From Candidatus Latescibacterota bacterium (GTDB lineage: Bacteria > Latescibacterota > UBA2968), in contig OZ240241.1 in the NCBI GenBank assembly GCA_965198115.1, positions 4,896,001-4,960,000 on the forward strand: a stretch of 64,000 bases of DNA, written 5' to 3'. Position numbers and translations under genes: made by a program. Shown here piece by piece: positions 1-9,264 of this stretch. Within the stretch, counting starts at the first letter, position 1, and each line of letters begins with the position of its first letter. The notes beneath the pieces were generated by a model, which did not search any database, was not told the origin of the DNA, and worked only from the letters and a program-made list of their open reading frames with translations.

Positions 1-203
1 AGAGACCGGGTTGATGAGGTCATCGGGGTCGTCCACTCTTGCAGCGTGCTTGAGACAGCGCACATCCTCGCGCCCTCCGGCCGAGACCGGTTTCATCACG
101 CCCAGGTCGATTCCTCGAAGCCGGGCGGCCTCGGCGATGGCGGCTCCGACGAAAGTTTTCCCGACGTCGGTGTCTGTGCCCGTAATGAAGAGGCCTTTGT
201 CAA
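1..203 (-). CDS. bioD: Dethiobiotin synthetase, N-terminal part (runs off the window edge)
   Basis: Minus-strand frame reads [22 protein letters not shown]...GVMKPVSAG...DDLINPVS, the BioD P-loop signature, and lies downstream of bioA. There is no in-frame ATG. A TTG at 203-201 would give MTKGLFITG if one base were missing from a short homopolymer. Confidence 0.85.
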
Positions 204-398
204 CCGTTCGCCCTTCGATATGGGGATTGTTGTTCAGAGCAGCATGCTCCTGCTAGGCGGTCTTCCGATACCCCTACTCAGGGTGAACGGTGGGCACCGG
301 ATGCGTCAAGACAAACCGCTCGTCCTGAGTAGCGATTTCGATGGAATCCCAGTGATCTACCTGACGAAAGCCGATTTATTCGCATATCGAAGGTGAGC
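203..398. repeat. Inverted pair of REP-like elements (CCTTCGATAT...CTACTCAGG.YG..CGGT family)
   Basis: Copy 1 (+): CCCTTCGATAT at 211-221 and CTACTCAGGGTGAACGGT at 274-291. Copy 2 is inverted: ACCGCTCGTCCTGAGTAG at 315-332 and ATATCGAAGG at 384-393. A third copy is at 24948. Confidence 0.7.
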
Positions 399-417
399 CC
401 ACCATTGAGATAGAGAC

Positions 418-1791
418 TTACTCTCCGTCACGCTCCGTGACTTCGACAATGGCGTCGTGAACGACGTCGAGGATGTGGTCGAGCTGGTCGGTCGTCACAC
501 AGAGGGGTGGAAATATCACGATGGTGTCGACGAGGGGGCGGAGCAGGACGCCACGTTTGCGACAGCGGTCGCAGACGCGATGACCGACACGATCCTGAAA
601 CGGGTAGGGACGGCGTGAATCCGAATTGGCGACGAGTTCGATGGCGGCGATGAGACCGCACTGACGAACGTCGCCTACGTGCGGACGGCTGCCGAATCGC
701 TCGAGGCTTTTCGCCAGGTGGTGGATCTTGGGCTGGAGATTCTCGACGACGTTCTGCCTCTCGAACAGGTCGATCGACGCGAGGGCCGCCGCGCAGCCGA
801 GGGGATTGCCCGTGTAGGTGTGCCCGTGAAAGAAGGTCTTCGCCTCTGTATAGTCACCCAGGAAGGCGGTGTAGATTTCATCGGTCGCTAAAGTGGCCGC
901 GATCGGGAGATAGCCTCCCGTGAGGCCCTTTCCGAGACACATCAGGTCGGGTGTGACGTTTTCGCGCTGACAGGCGAACATCTTGCCCGTTCGTCCGAAT
1001 CCGGTGGCGACTTCGTCGAGGATGACGAGAACGTCGTGATTGTGGCACAGTTCGATGGCATCGCGCAGGTAACCTTCGGGATGGACGAGCATTCCGCCGG
1101 CGCACTGAATGAGGGGCTCGATGATGAAGGCAGCGATCCGGTCCGCGTGGTGACCGAGCGCTTCTTCCAAAGCCCGGAGACATCCACGGTTGCACGCGGG
1201 CTCGGACTCGCAGAAGCTACACCGGTAAGGGTGTGGGGCCGCGACGGGCACGTGTTCGAACAGGAGCGGTCCGTAGATCTGATGGAAGAGGTCGATGCCG
1301 CCAACACTCACGGCACCAATCGTGTCGCCGTGGTAGCTGTGGGTGAGGTGGAGGAACTGGCGTTTTTCCGGTCTGGGTTCATCACGTTGCTGCCAGTACT
1401 GAAAGGCCATTTTGAGCGCGACCTCGACGGCTGTTGCGCCGCTGTCGGAATAGAAGACGTGGTCGAGACCCTGGGGCGTGATGGCGACGAGCTTTTCGGC
1501 GAGTTCGACTGCAGGGATGTTCGAGGATCCAAGTAGCGTTGCGTGGGCGATGCGATCGAGCTGCTGCCGGATCGCCGCATCGATTTCGCGAACACGGTGC
1601 CCGTGAACATTGCACCAGAGAGATGAATAGGCGTCGAGGTATTGACGGCCTTCGGTGTCGTAGAGGTAGGGCCCTTCGGCGTGGTCGATGATGATCGGAT
1701 CTCCGGACACGTAGTCCTGCATCTGTGTGAACGGATGCCAGACGTGTCGTAGATCGATCTCGGCGAGGCGTTTTTTCTGTGCGTCGTTCAT
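418..1791 (-). CDS. bioA: Adenosylmethionine-8-amino-7-oxononanoate aminotransferase
   Basis: VWHPFTQM, SLWCNVHGH, DSGATAVEVALKMA, YHGDT, DEVATGFGRTG, GKGLTGGY (PLP lysine), FFHGHTYTGNPL. Confidence 0.95.
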   Translation of the reverse strand: MNDAQKKRLAEIDLRHVWHPFTQMQDYVSGDPIIIDHAEGPYLYDTEGRQYLDAYSSLWCNVHGHRVREIDAAIRQQLDRIAHATLLGSSNIPAVELAEKLVAITPQGLDHVFYSDSGATAVEVALKMAFQYWQQRDEPRPEKRQFLHLTHSYHGDTIGAVSVGGIDLFHQIYGPLLFEHVPVAAPHPYRCSFCESEPACNRGCLRALEEALGHHADRIAAFIIEPLIQCAGGMLVHPEGYLRDAIELCHNHDVLVILDEVATGFGRTGKMFACQRENVTPDLMCLGKGLTGGYLPIAATLATDEIYTAFLGDYTEAKTFFHGHTYTGNPLGCAAALASIDLFERQNVVENLQPKIHHLAKSLERFGSRPHVGDVRQCGLIAAIELVANSDSRRPYPFQDRVGHRVCDRCRKRGVLLRPLVDTIVIFPPLCVTTDQLDHILDVVHDAIVEVTERDGE

Positions 1792-1972
1792 CGCGGATTC
1801 AATGTAACGGAATGAGACGTAGCGAGATACAGAAAATGCCCCGAGGACTCACGCCACTTGCCCGGTCTCTGCAACGGGGAGATGGATTCGATGCGAACGA
1901 ACTGGTATCATACGCTGGGGTTCGAGCGACCGGTCAGGGGTCGCGGGCTGTTGACGTAGGATTGGAGGAGGC

Positions 1973-2695
1973 GTGAGTCACAGACGGGTCGCTCTGTTCG
2001 TTTCGTGTCTGGTCGATCAGATGTCACCAGAGATTGGAGTCGCCACAGTCAAACTGTTGCGGCGGGCGGGGTGCAAGGTTGACTTCCCCGAAGCGCAGAC
2101 GTGCTGCGGACAGCCCTTTTTCAACAGCGGATTCCGGCAGCAGGCGATCGATCTGGCGCGTCGAACGATCGAAATCTTCGAACCCTATGACGCTGTGGTC
2201 CTTCCGAGCGGGTCGTGTACGGCGATGGTGGAGGCGGAGTATGTGCATCTGTTCGAGGAGGATTCCGCCTGGCTACCGCGCGCCGAAGCTCTGGCCGCAA
2301 AGACGTTCGAGTTGAGTCGGTTTCTGGTGCAGCACGGCTGGTCCCCGGCGACCGCATTGCCGGCACCCACGGTGACATATCACGACTCCTGTCACGCGAA
2401 TCGATTGCTCGGGTTGGGTGGCGAGGCACGTCAGTTGTTGGAGTCGGCGGGATGCCGTGTGGTGGAAATGGAGGAGTCGGATCGCTGCTGCGGATTCGGA
2501 GGACTGTTCTCGATCAAGATGGCGGAGGTGTCGAACGCGATGACGCGTGACAAGCTGCGGCAGGCGGTGGATACGGAAGTCGACGTACTGGTGTCGATCG
2601 ACCCTGGTTGTCTGATGCAGATCGACGGTCTCGTGGACGGGGAGGGTCCGCGTGTCCGGCACCTGGCCGTTCTGTTGGAGGAGCTGAGTCGATGA
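1973..2695 (+). CDS. lutA: L-lactate utilization protein A (CCG-domain Fe-S protein, YkgE/LldE)
   Basis: QTCCGQPFFNSG, PSGSC, YHDSCH, CCGFGGLFS; first gene of an overlapping three-gene cluster. Confidence 0.9.
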   Translation: MSHRRVALFVSCLVDQMSPEIGVATVKLLRRAGCKVDFPEAQTCCGQPFFNSGFRQQAIDLARRTIEIFEPYDAVVLPSGSCTAMVEAEYVHLFEEDSAWLPRAEALAAKTFELSRFLVQHGWSPATALPAPTVTYHDSCHANRLLGLGGEARQLLESAGCRVVEMEESDRCCGFGGLFSIKMAEVSNAMTRDKLRQAVDTEVDVLVSIDPGCLMQIDGLVDGEGPRVRHLAVLLEELSR

Positions 2696-4110
2696 CGGCG
2701 TCGATGAAACAGTTTCTGACGATGGCGGACGAGGCGATCGGTGACGATCGTCTGCAGACGGCGATCGACACGGCGACGGGCAATTTCTGGCGTGGTCGCG
2801 AGGGCGCACTCGAGGAGCTGCCCGATTCGGAACGGTTGCGCGATCACTTCAAGGCGATCCGGTCGGCGACGCTCGCAAACCTGGCCGATCATCTGGAGAC
2901 GTTCGAGGCGAATGCAACAGCGGCCGGCGCGCACGTGCACTGGGCATCGGATGACGCGGAAGCCCGCGAGACGGTGTTGAGGATCGCCAAGGACCACGAC
3001 GTGACGCTGGCGACCAAAGGGAAGTCGATGGTGTCCGAAGAAATCCATCTTGGCGAAGCTCTCGAGGCAGCCGGGATCCAGTCCGTCGAGACCGATCTGG
3101 GCGAGTGGATCATTCAGCTGGCGGGGGACCCTCCGTTTCACATCATCGCGCCCGCGATTCACAAGCGCCGGGATGAGATCGTCGCCCTAATCGAGGAAGC
3201 CTCGGGTGAGTCGCTCGCTTCGGCGGAAATCGAGGATCTGGTGGCTGCATCGCGCCGTCTTCTGCGATCTCGCTTTATGTCGGCGGGAATGGGGATCACG
3301 GGAGGCAACATTCTGGTGAGCGAGACCGGAAGTTTGGTTCTCGTGACGAACGAAGGGAACGGCCGGCTCGTTTCGAGCGCATCCCCCGTCCACGTTGCCG
3401 TCGTGGGAATCGAAAAGGTGGCGCCGACGTGGGACGACGCAGTAGTTTGGCTACAGCTTCTCGCCAGGAGCTCGACCGGTCAGCCGTTGTCGGTCTACAC
3501 GACTGTGGTTACGGGACCCAGGAAGGAGCCCGACGAGGATGGACCCGACGAGGTTCACATCGTCCTGTTGGACAACGGTCGGAGCGACTTGATCGGCGGG
3601 AAGTACGAGGAAGTGTTGCAGTGTGTTCGATGTGGCGCGTGTCTGAACATCTGTCCGGTCTACCGGGAGGTCGGCGGGCACACCTATCGCAGCCCTTACA
3701 GCGGACCGATCGGGGCCGTGGTGACGCCGCTGCTGATGGGTCAGAAGCAGTATCCTGCTCTGCCCCAGGCGAGCTCGTTGTGCGGCGCCTGTCGGGATGT
3801 CTGTCCGGCACGCATCGACTTGCCGCGGATGCTGGTGGAGCTGAGGAACGACGCCGTCGACGATGGTCTCGTGCCCTGGACGACGCGCCGGGCTGAAGAA
3901 TCCGCTGCCTGGATGCTGATGGACGTCGATCGATACCGCAGAATGACGGGTTTAATGCGCAAAGCGCAGACACCGTTCGTCGAGGATGGCGTCCTGCGGG
4001 TGCCCGCCTTTATGGATCCCGCGAGAGGACGTCGGCTGACCAGCCTGGCGTCGCGATCGTTTCGCGAGATCTGGACGGACGAGTTGGAGTACGATGATGA
4101 GCAGTCGTGA
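2692..4110 (+). CDS. lutB: L-lactate utilization protein B (LUD + 4Fe-4S, YkgF/LldF)
   Basis: KGKSMVSEEI, ETDLGEWIIQL, NEGNGR, CVRCGACLNICPVY, SSLCGACRDVCP; ATGA overlap with lutA. Confidence 0.92.
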   Translation: MTASMKQFLTMADEAIGDDRLQTAIDTATGNFWRGREGALEELPDSERLRDHFKAIRSATLANLADHLETFEANATAAGAHVHWASDDAEARETVLRIAKDHDVTLATKGKSMVSEEIHLGEALEAAGIQSVETDLGEWIIQLAGDPPFHIIAPAIHKRRDEIVALIEEASGESLASAEIEDLVAASRRLLRSRFMSAGMGITGGNILVSETGSLVLVTNEGNGRLVSSASPVHVAVVGIEKVAPTWDDAVVWLQLLARSSTGQPLSVYTTVVTGPRKEPDEDGPDEVHIVLLDNGRSDLIGGKYEEVLQCVRCGACLNICPVYREVGGHTYRSPYSGPIGAVVTPLLMGQKQYPALPQASSLCGACRDVCPARIDLPRMLVELRNDAVDDGLVPWTTRRAEESAAWMLMDVDRYRRMTGLMRKAQTPFVEDGVLRVPAFMDPARGRRLTSLASRSFREIWTDELEYDDEQS

Positions 4111-4729
4111 CGCCATTCTTGAAAAGCTCAGACGATCCGCCCGTCAGGTCGAGAAGCCCGGTCCGTGGCCCACAGGAAGAACCTTCGACGATCCGGTTGT
4201 CCGGTTCAGTGAGTCGCTGGTCAAACTCAAGGGTGAAGTACACAGGGCCGGTACGTTGGCAGATGCGTGGGTCATTGTCGATGGGCTGCTGGACGAAATC
4301 GAGGCGAGCCGGGTCGTGGCCAACGACGAGCCGCCGTTGGAGGAGATGGACATCGCCACTCGCTGGCCCGATCGATCGTGTTACGTCGTCGGTGCGTCGA
4401 ACGGCGATCTCCGATCGGAATGCGAGCGCGCAGATGTGGGGATCAGCGGTGTTCAGTCAGCCCTGGTGGAGACGGGAAGCGTGATCGTCGAGAGTGGAAA
4501 GGGGAGGAGCCGTCTGGCGACGTTGCTTCCGCCCGTGCACATCGCGATGGTCCCCACTTCGAAATTGACGACCGACCTGTTTACCTGGTCGGTTGACAGG
4601 AGGGGCACGATCGAGACGAATGTGACGGTGATCAGTGGACCGAGCAAGACGGCAGACATCGAGTTCAAGATGACCTTGGGCGCACACGGTCCGAAGCGGA
4701 TGATCGCGGTTGTTTACGAGGATGGATGA
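4094..4729 (+). CDS. lutC: L-lactate utilization protein C (LUD domain, YkgG/LldG)
   Basis: SSRDAILEKLR, ETGS, LLPPVHIA, ISGPSKTADIE...GAHGP. Confidence 0.9.
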   Translation: MMSSRDAILEKLRRSARQVEKPGPWPTGRTFDDPVVRFSESLVKLKGEVHRAGTLADAWVIVDGLLDEIEASRVVANDEPPLEEMDIATRWPDRSCYVVGASNGDLRSECERADVGISGVQSALVETGSVIVESGKGRSRLATLLPPVHIAMVPTSKLTTDLFTWSVDRRGTIETNVTVISGPSKTADIEFKMTLGAHGPKRMIAVVYEDG

Positions 4730-4779
4730 TCGAGGTATGGGCGTGTTGCAATGCGCCCATACAGGCAAGGGAACTTACT

Positions 4780-5712
4780 ATGCGAATCGAGGGGCTGGAA
4801 CAGGCGCCGTTCAACACGACGCTGCTGGGTGTCGTTCGTGGGGTGGCCGATTTTTTCGAGATCGATGTGAGCGACGCGATGCTGTTCGGTGCGACAGGAC
4901 ACGCGTTCGTCATCAACATCCACGAGGAGCTGTGTCCGAGTGGTCCCTACTGCTGGAATCGAGAGCGGTTCCACGCGCTTTTGAAGAATCTGGGCATCGA
5001 GATGGTCGATCGAGGGTTTTTCGGGCCGGAGTCCTCAGCGAAGGAGCGTGAGAAGATCGAGTCCACGCTGATTATGAGTGTCGATCGGGGTCTGCCCTGT
5101 TCGCTGCTCAACCTGGAAAACCAGTTGATCACTGGCTACTATGAAACGGAGTTCGCTACCGCGCAGCCTTGGGCGGCGAAAATGGATTTCCCACCCAAAT
5201 ACCTGACGTTCGGGTCCTGGGACGAATTCGGGGACAAGTGTCACGTGAATTTCTACACCTTCGATCGGTGTGATTCTATCGACAGGCGAGAGGTCATCCT
5301 CGCAAGTCTGGACTACGCAATCGATCTGTTCGCAAACCCGACGAGCCACACACACGAGCCCTACGGGATGGGATTTGGAGCCTACTCCAGATTCATCGAG
5401 GCCGTCGAGGCGGGTCACGGATCCAGCCACGGAAACTGGTGGAACGGGATCGTTTGGACGGAGTGCCGTTCGATGGCGTCACAGTATTTTGAAGAGATCG
5501 CGATCGACTTTGTGGATCTGGCCGAAGAGGCGAAGGACCTCGCCAAGCGCTACGCGTCGATCGCCGAGGATCTGAGCAAGGTGAGCGACAAGGAGATGGA
5601 CAAGGATGAGAAGGTCGCCCTGTTGCAGAGGATTGCGGACGAGGAGGGAAAAGCTGTGGGGAAGGTAGCAGCGTGTGCCGACGCGTTACGGTCGAGTGTG
5701 ATGACACCGTAG
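4780..5712 (+). CDS. Hypothetical protein
   Basis: Long ORF with host-like codon usage and a purine-rich RBS (AAGGGA); no motif recognised with confidence. Confidence 0.75.
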   Translation: MRIEGLEQAPFNTTLLGVVRGVADFFEIDVSDAMLFGATGHAFVINIHEELCPSGPYCWNRERFHALLKNLGIEMVDRGFFGPESSAKEREKIESTLIMSVDRGLPCSLLNLENQLITGYYETEFATAQPWAAKMDFPPKYLTFGSWDEFGDKCHVNFYTFDRCDSIDRREVILASLDYAIDLFANPTSHTHEPYGMGFGAYSRFIEAVEAGHGSSHGNWWNGIVWTECRSMASQYFEEIAIDFVDLAEEAKDLAKRYASIAEDLSKVSDKEMDKDEKVALLQRIADEEGKAVGKVAACADALRSSVMTP

Positions 5713-5737
5713 GGACGATTCGCGAACCGTCCCTACG
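5708..5737. repeat. GTAG-type REP palindrome
   Basis: CGTAGGGACG-ATTCGCGAAC-CGTCCCTACG: perfect 10-bp arms with GTAG/CTAC ends, overlapping a stop codon. Confidence 0.7.
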
Positions 5738-5756
5738 AGGCGATGGTTCTGATAAA

Positions 5757-5793
5757 AACACGGCGACGTGGGTGTGCTCCACTCCGCCGTGTT
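5757..5793. terminator. Hairpin between convergent genes
   Basis: AACACGGCG...CGCCGTGTT stem with an inner GTGG/CCAC pair and A/T-rich flanks. Confidence 0.45.
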
Positions 5794-5812
5794 CGTTTGT
5801 AGTGGGAAAGCC

Positions 5813-6787
5813 TTACGATCGTCGCTTTGCACCCATCCCTTCCAGAACATCCTTCGGGATCTTGCAAACCATCGTGTAGGCAGGGTCGAACATATTGCCC
5901 ATATCGTATTCGACCGCTTCGCCCATCAGCAGGTGGGCCTCCCGTGTCGACAGGCCGTATTCCTCTTCGAGAAACCGGATCATTTCGGTCGATGCGTGTT
6001 CGACGCATTGATCGAGCGGGCGGGCGTTGCCGACGGCCATAATGTGGGTGTCGTTTTCCGCCCGCGGCCACACGATCGATCGTCCTTTGATGACGCGTAG
6101 GGTGAAGGTGACGTCGAAGGAGATTTCGATTCCCGTGCCGACGATTTCGCCGTCTCCCTGGAGGGCGTGACCGTCGCCGACGTGGAAGAGGGCGCCTTCT
6201 GCGGCCACCGGGAAGTAAACGGTGACGCCCGTGTTGAACCGTTTGTAATCCATATTGCCGCCGTGGTTGGCGGACGTGGCGCAGGAGATGTGCTGGCGTC
6301 GGGCAGGGGCAACGCCGAAGCAGCCTGAGTGAGGTCTGAGCGGAAGCGTGAGGTTGGCGAGCAGGCCTTCGACAGGGTTCCCTTCGCCGAGGCGTGTGGC
6401 GTCGCGGTCACTCGTGAATTCGACGGGGCTCGCGGTGTGGTTCTCGAAGTCGATTTTCCAGATGAACCGGCTGGCGTCGTCGTCGAATTGGGGAACGTAG
6501 TCGGGGTCGAGGACGTTGGCGGCGACACGGCCGGAAGTGTGGCCGTACTCGCGGTTCGGCATCAGGTGGTCGAAGGTGACGGCCAGAATGTTTCCGGGTT
6601 CGGCGCCGTCGACGTAGAAGGGACCGGTCTGTGGATTGCCGCCCTCGGTAACACTCTCACCTGCCTTGTCCTTGCCTCCTGCGTCGACGGTGGTTGTCGA
6701 GACGGTGTCGCCGTCCTGGATTGTCAGGACGGGTTCGTGCCAGCCGATCGTGGTGTGGTAGTGGTCCGGTGTGAATTCGTGATGCAT
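5813..6787 (-). CDS. Acetamidase/formamidase family protein
   Basis: NPQTGPFYVDGAEPG, HGGNMD, GDGHALQGDGEIVGTGIE; ATG at 6787 follows GAGGA. Confidence 0.9.
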   Translation of the reverse strand: MHHEFTPDHYHTTIGWHEPVLTIQDGDTVSTTTVDAGGKDKAGESVTEGGNPQTGPFYVDGAEPGNILAVTFDHLMPNREYGHTSGRVAANVLDPDYVPQFDDDASRFIWKIDFENHTASPVEFTSDRDATRLGEGNPVEGLLANLTLPLRPHSGCFGVAPARRQHISCATSANHGGNMDYKRFNTGVTVYFPVAAEGALFHVGDGHALQGDGEIVGTGIEISFDVTFTLRVIKGRSIVWPRAENDTHIMAVGNARPLDQCVEHASTEMIRFLEEEYGLSTREAHLLMGEAVEYDMGNMFDPAYTMVCKIPKDVLEGMGAKRRS

Positions 6788-6809
6788 ATGAAAATCCTCA
6801 AATTGATTA

Positions 6810-6836
6810 ACCACGGAGGGCACGGAGATCACGGAG
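6810..6836 (+). repeat. 9-nt-period tandem repeat (CACGGAGnn x3)
   Basis: ACCACGGAGGGCACGGAGATCACGGAG; related copies at 10705, 29419 and 59091. Confidence 0.75.
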
Positions 6837-6901
6837 GGCGGGATCCGCAACATCGAGGCCCATTCGGAGATGTGTTTGGAGAGTGCCCGGAACGGCGTCG
6901 G

Positions 6902-7789
6902 TCACGCGCAGGCGATCATCGTGATGTCGGCGGGTGCGTTCCAGGCGACCTTCCACGTTCGACCACGGTCTTCGCTGACGTGGAGGGCGTCGCCCGTCGT
7001 CGCCCAGGCCCTTCCGTCGCTCGAGAAAGCGACCTGAAACGTGTCGATGTTGTGGTCGACGGTGTCTGGATAGCCGCCCGTCACGTGGTCCCACGTCCTT
7101 CCCGCATCGTCCGAACGATACAGCTGGCCGGCGGGGTTTCCGTGAGGTCCGCGGCTGACGCTGGCGAGGACGCAATCCGGGTCGTTCGGATGGGCGACCA
7201 CGGCTCGACCGTAGCGGTAGGGGAAGCCGTCGGCCCGGTGCGTCCACGAGGCCCCCCGGTCATCGCTGACGTAGACGGCATCGGCCGTGTTTGCGTAGAG
7301 GCGATCTGGAGCGGCAGGCGTGGTGGCCACCTGGTGGACGTCTTCGTTCAGGTCGAGGGTGACCGGTCCCCACGAAGCGCCGGCATCGGGGGATCGCATA
7401 ATGCTGCCCACGTGTATGTCGGCGTAGAGATGACCGTCGTCGGTGGAGGCGAAGCTGCGCACGGCAGCGGGGCCACCCCAGGGTGTGTGGAACGTGTCAC
7501 GACAGTCGAGTTCGTCGAAAGCTGTGACCCGGGTTGTGGTTTCGACGTGACGATAGACGTGGGGACCCTCTGTGCCGATCAGGATGTCTGAACCGAGGCG
7601 CGTGGCGCACTCGATGGACTCATCGATGTGGGTCTCGATTTCCTGACTTTCAGAGACGATGCGTCCCGAGTTGGTGATGGCGACGGGCCCTTCGGCGTCC
7701 TCGATGAGGGCGACTGACTCGCCCGAGAGAATCGATTCGGGCTCGCTACCGTTCTTCCTGTAGACTTCTGTTTTCGTAGAGATGAGCAC
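6902..7789 (-). CDS. BNR/Asp-box repeat beta-propeller protein
   Basis: Repeated SxDxGxxW motifs (SPDAGASW, SDDRGASW, SDDAGRTW, SEDRGRTW); GTG start after AGGAGGAGG. Confidence 0.8.
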   Translation of the reverse strand: MLISTKTEVYRKNGSEPESILSGESVALIEDAEGPVAITNSGRIVSESQEIETHIDESIECATRLGSDILIGTEGPHVYRHVETTTRVTAFDELDCRDTFHTPWGGPAAVRSFASTDDGHLYADIHVGSIMRSPDAGASWGPVTLDLNEDVHQVATTPAAPDRLYANTADAVYVSDDRGASWTHRADGFPYRYGRAVVAHPNDPDCVLASVSRGPHGNPAGQLYRSDDAGRTWDHVTGGYPDTVDHNIDTFQVAFSSDGRAWATTGDALHVSEDRGRTWKVAWNAPADITMIACA

Positions 7790-8036
7790 GTCCTCCTCCT
7801 TTCGGACAAGTGGCACGTGTGTCGACTGCAATTAGCGTCACCGCCGAACCACCGTCAAGCGCCCTGGCGCTCGCGGACGCAATACCGTAATTTTCGAAAA
7901 CGTGACGTCCCAACGGGCGTGGAGATGTGCACAACAGGCACCTCTCGACGCCGGCTGGGGTGACGCTAAAGAACACTAAGGGTTTGCCACGAAATAAGTG
8001 CTGCACTTTTCAAGGTAATGATCTTACGCTCGGAGT

Positions 8037-9246
8037 GTGGACGTCGAAACTCTCCGAACGAAGTATGAAGCCTTGGCTCCGGTGCTGACGGAACGCACGC
8101 GTCGTCTGTGGGCCGCCACGGAAGCCGAAGCGTTGGGTCACGGTGGGATCGCGATTGTGGCTCTGGCGACAGGAATGTCCAGAGAGCGGATCTTTCGTGG
8201 CATTCAGGAGTTGAGGTCGGACGAACCTTTGGACCCGGCTCGCATCCGGCGTCCAGGCGGCGGTCGTAAGCGGAAGGCCGACACGGACCCGACGCTGTGG
8301 CAGGACCTGAATGATCTGGTCGAGCCAACGACTGCGGGGTCGCCTGACGACAATCCTCTGAGATGGACATCGAAGAGCACTCGCAAACTGGCCGCCGAGT
8401 TGCAAGCGATGGGGCATTCGGTGAGCCCCAGGATCGTTGCCAATCTCCTGCACGAACACGATTACACGCTGCAGGCGAATCGGAAGACAAGGGAGGGATC
8501 TGCACACCCGGATCGGGACGCTCAGTTCGTTTACCTCGATGATCGGATTAGCCAGCAGCAGCAGCAGGGCCTTCCCGTTATCTCGGTGGACACCAAGAAG
8601 AAAGAGTTGATCGGCGACTTCAAGAATCCTGGCCGAGAATGGCGACCCAAGGGAGACCCGGAGCGTGTGAAGGTACACGATTTCATAGTGCCTGCTCAGG
8701 GCAAGGCGATCCCTTATGGAGTGTATGATCTGAGCCGTGATGAAGGCTGGGTAAGTGTCGGTATCGATCACGACACGGCCAGCTTCGCCGTGAATGCGAT
8801 CCGAAGTTGGTGGAAGAACATGGGACGGCCCGCCTACGGCACTTCGACGCATCTGCTAATCACGGCGGACGCAGGCGGCAGCAACGGCGCCAAGACGCGG
8901 CTGTGGAAGTGGGAGCTGCAGCGCTTTGCGAATCGCACTGGCCTGACGATCACCGTATGCCACTACCCTCCTGGCACTAGTAAGTGGAACAAGATCGAAC
9001 ATCGCCTGTTCTCCTTCATCGCTATGAACTGGGCGAGGCAAGCCCCTGGTCAGCCTGGCTGCAACCGTTAATCTCATTGCCGGAACGACCACTCAAGCCG
9101 GTCTCCGAGTACGCTCCGAGATCGACAAGCGACCCTACCCTAACGGGGTCAAGGTGACCGATGAACAGATGACCCAAATCGATCTCACTCCGCACGATTT
9201 CCACGGCGACTGGAACTACACGATCCGGCCAATGGCTCAACATTGA
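8037..9246 (+). pseudogene. ISAzo13 (Rhodopirellula-type) DDE transposase, frameshifted near the C-terminus
   Basis: RRPGGGRK, LRWTSKS, ISVDTKKKELIG, DAGGSNG, PPGTSKWNKIEHRLFS. An extra G at about 9031-33 breaks NW/RGKPL; the other frame continues to FHGDWNYTIRP. Confidence 0.85.
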
Positions 9247-9264
9247 GATCGACCGTTTATTTAT

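Noticed and set aside
46-396. 116-aa + strand ORF
   Set aside because: It is antisense to bioD and runs through the REP-like pair; no convincing RBS or motif.
6329-7591. 420-aa + strand ORF
   Set aside because: Antisense shadow of the acetamidase and BNR genes, expected in GC-rich DNA.
7987-7996. CCACGAAATA shared between the ISAzo13 left end and the right flank of copy 1
   Set aside because: Copy 2 has no such match in its flanks, so homology-guided targeting is unsupported.
8553-8567. (CAG)5 run
   Set aside because: It encodes QQQQQ inside the transposase and is the same in both copies; no sign of phase variation.
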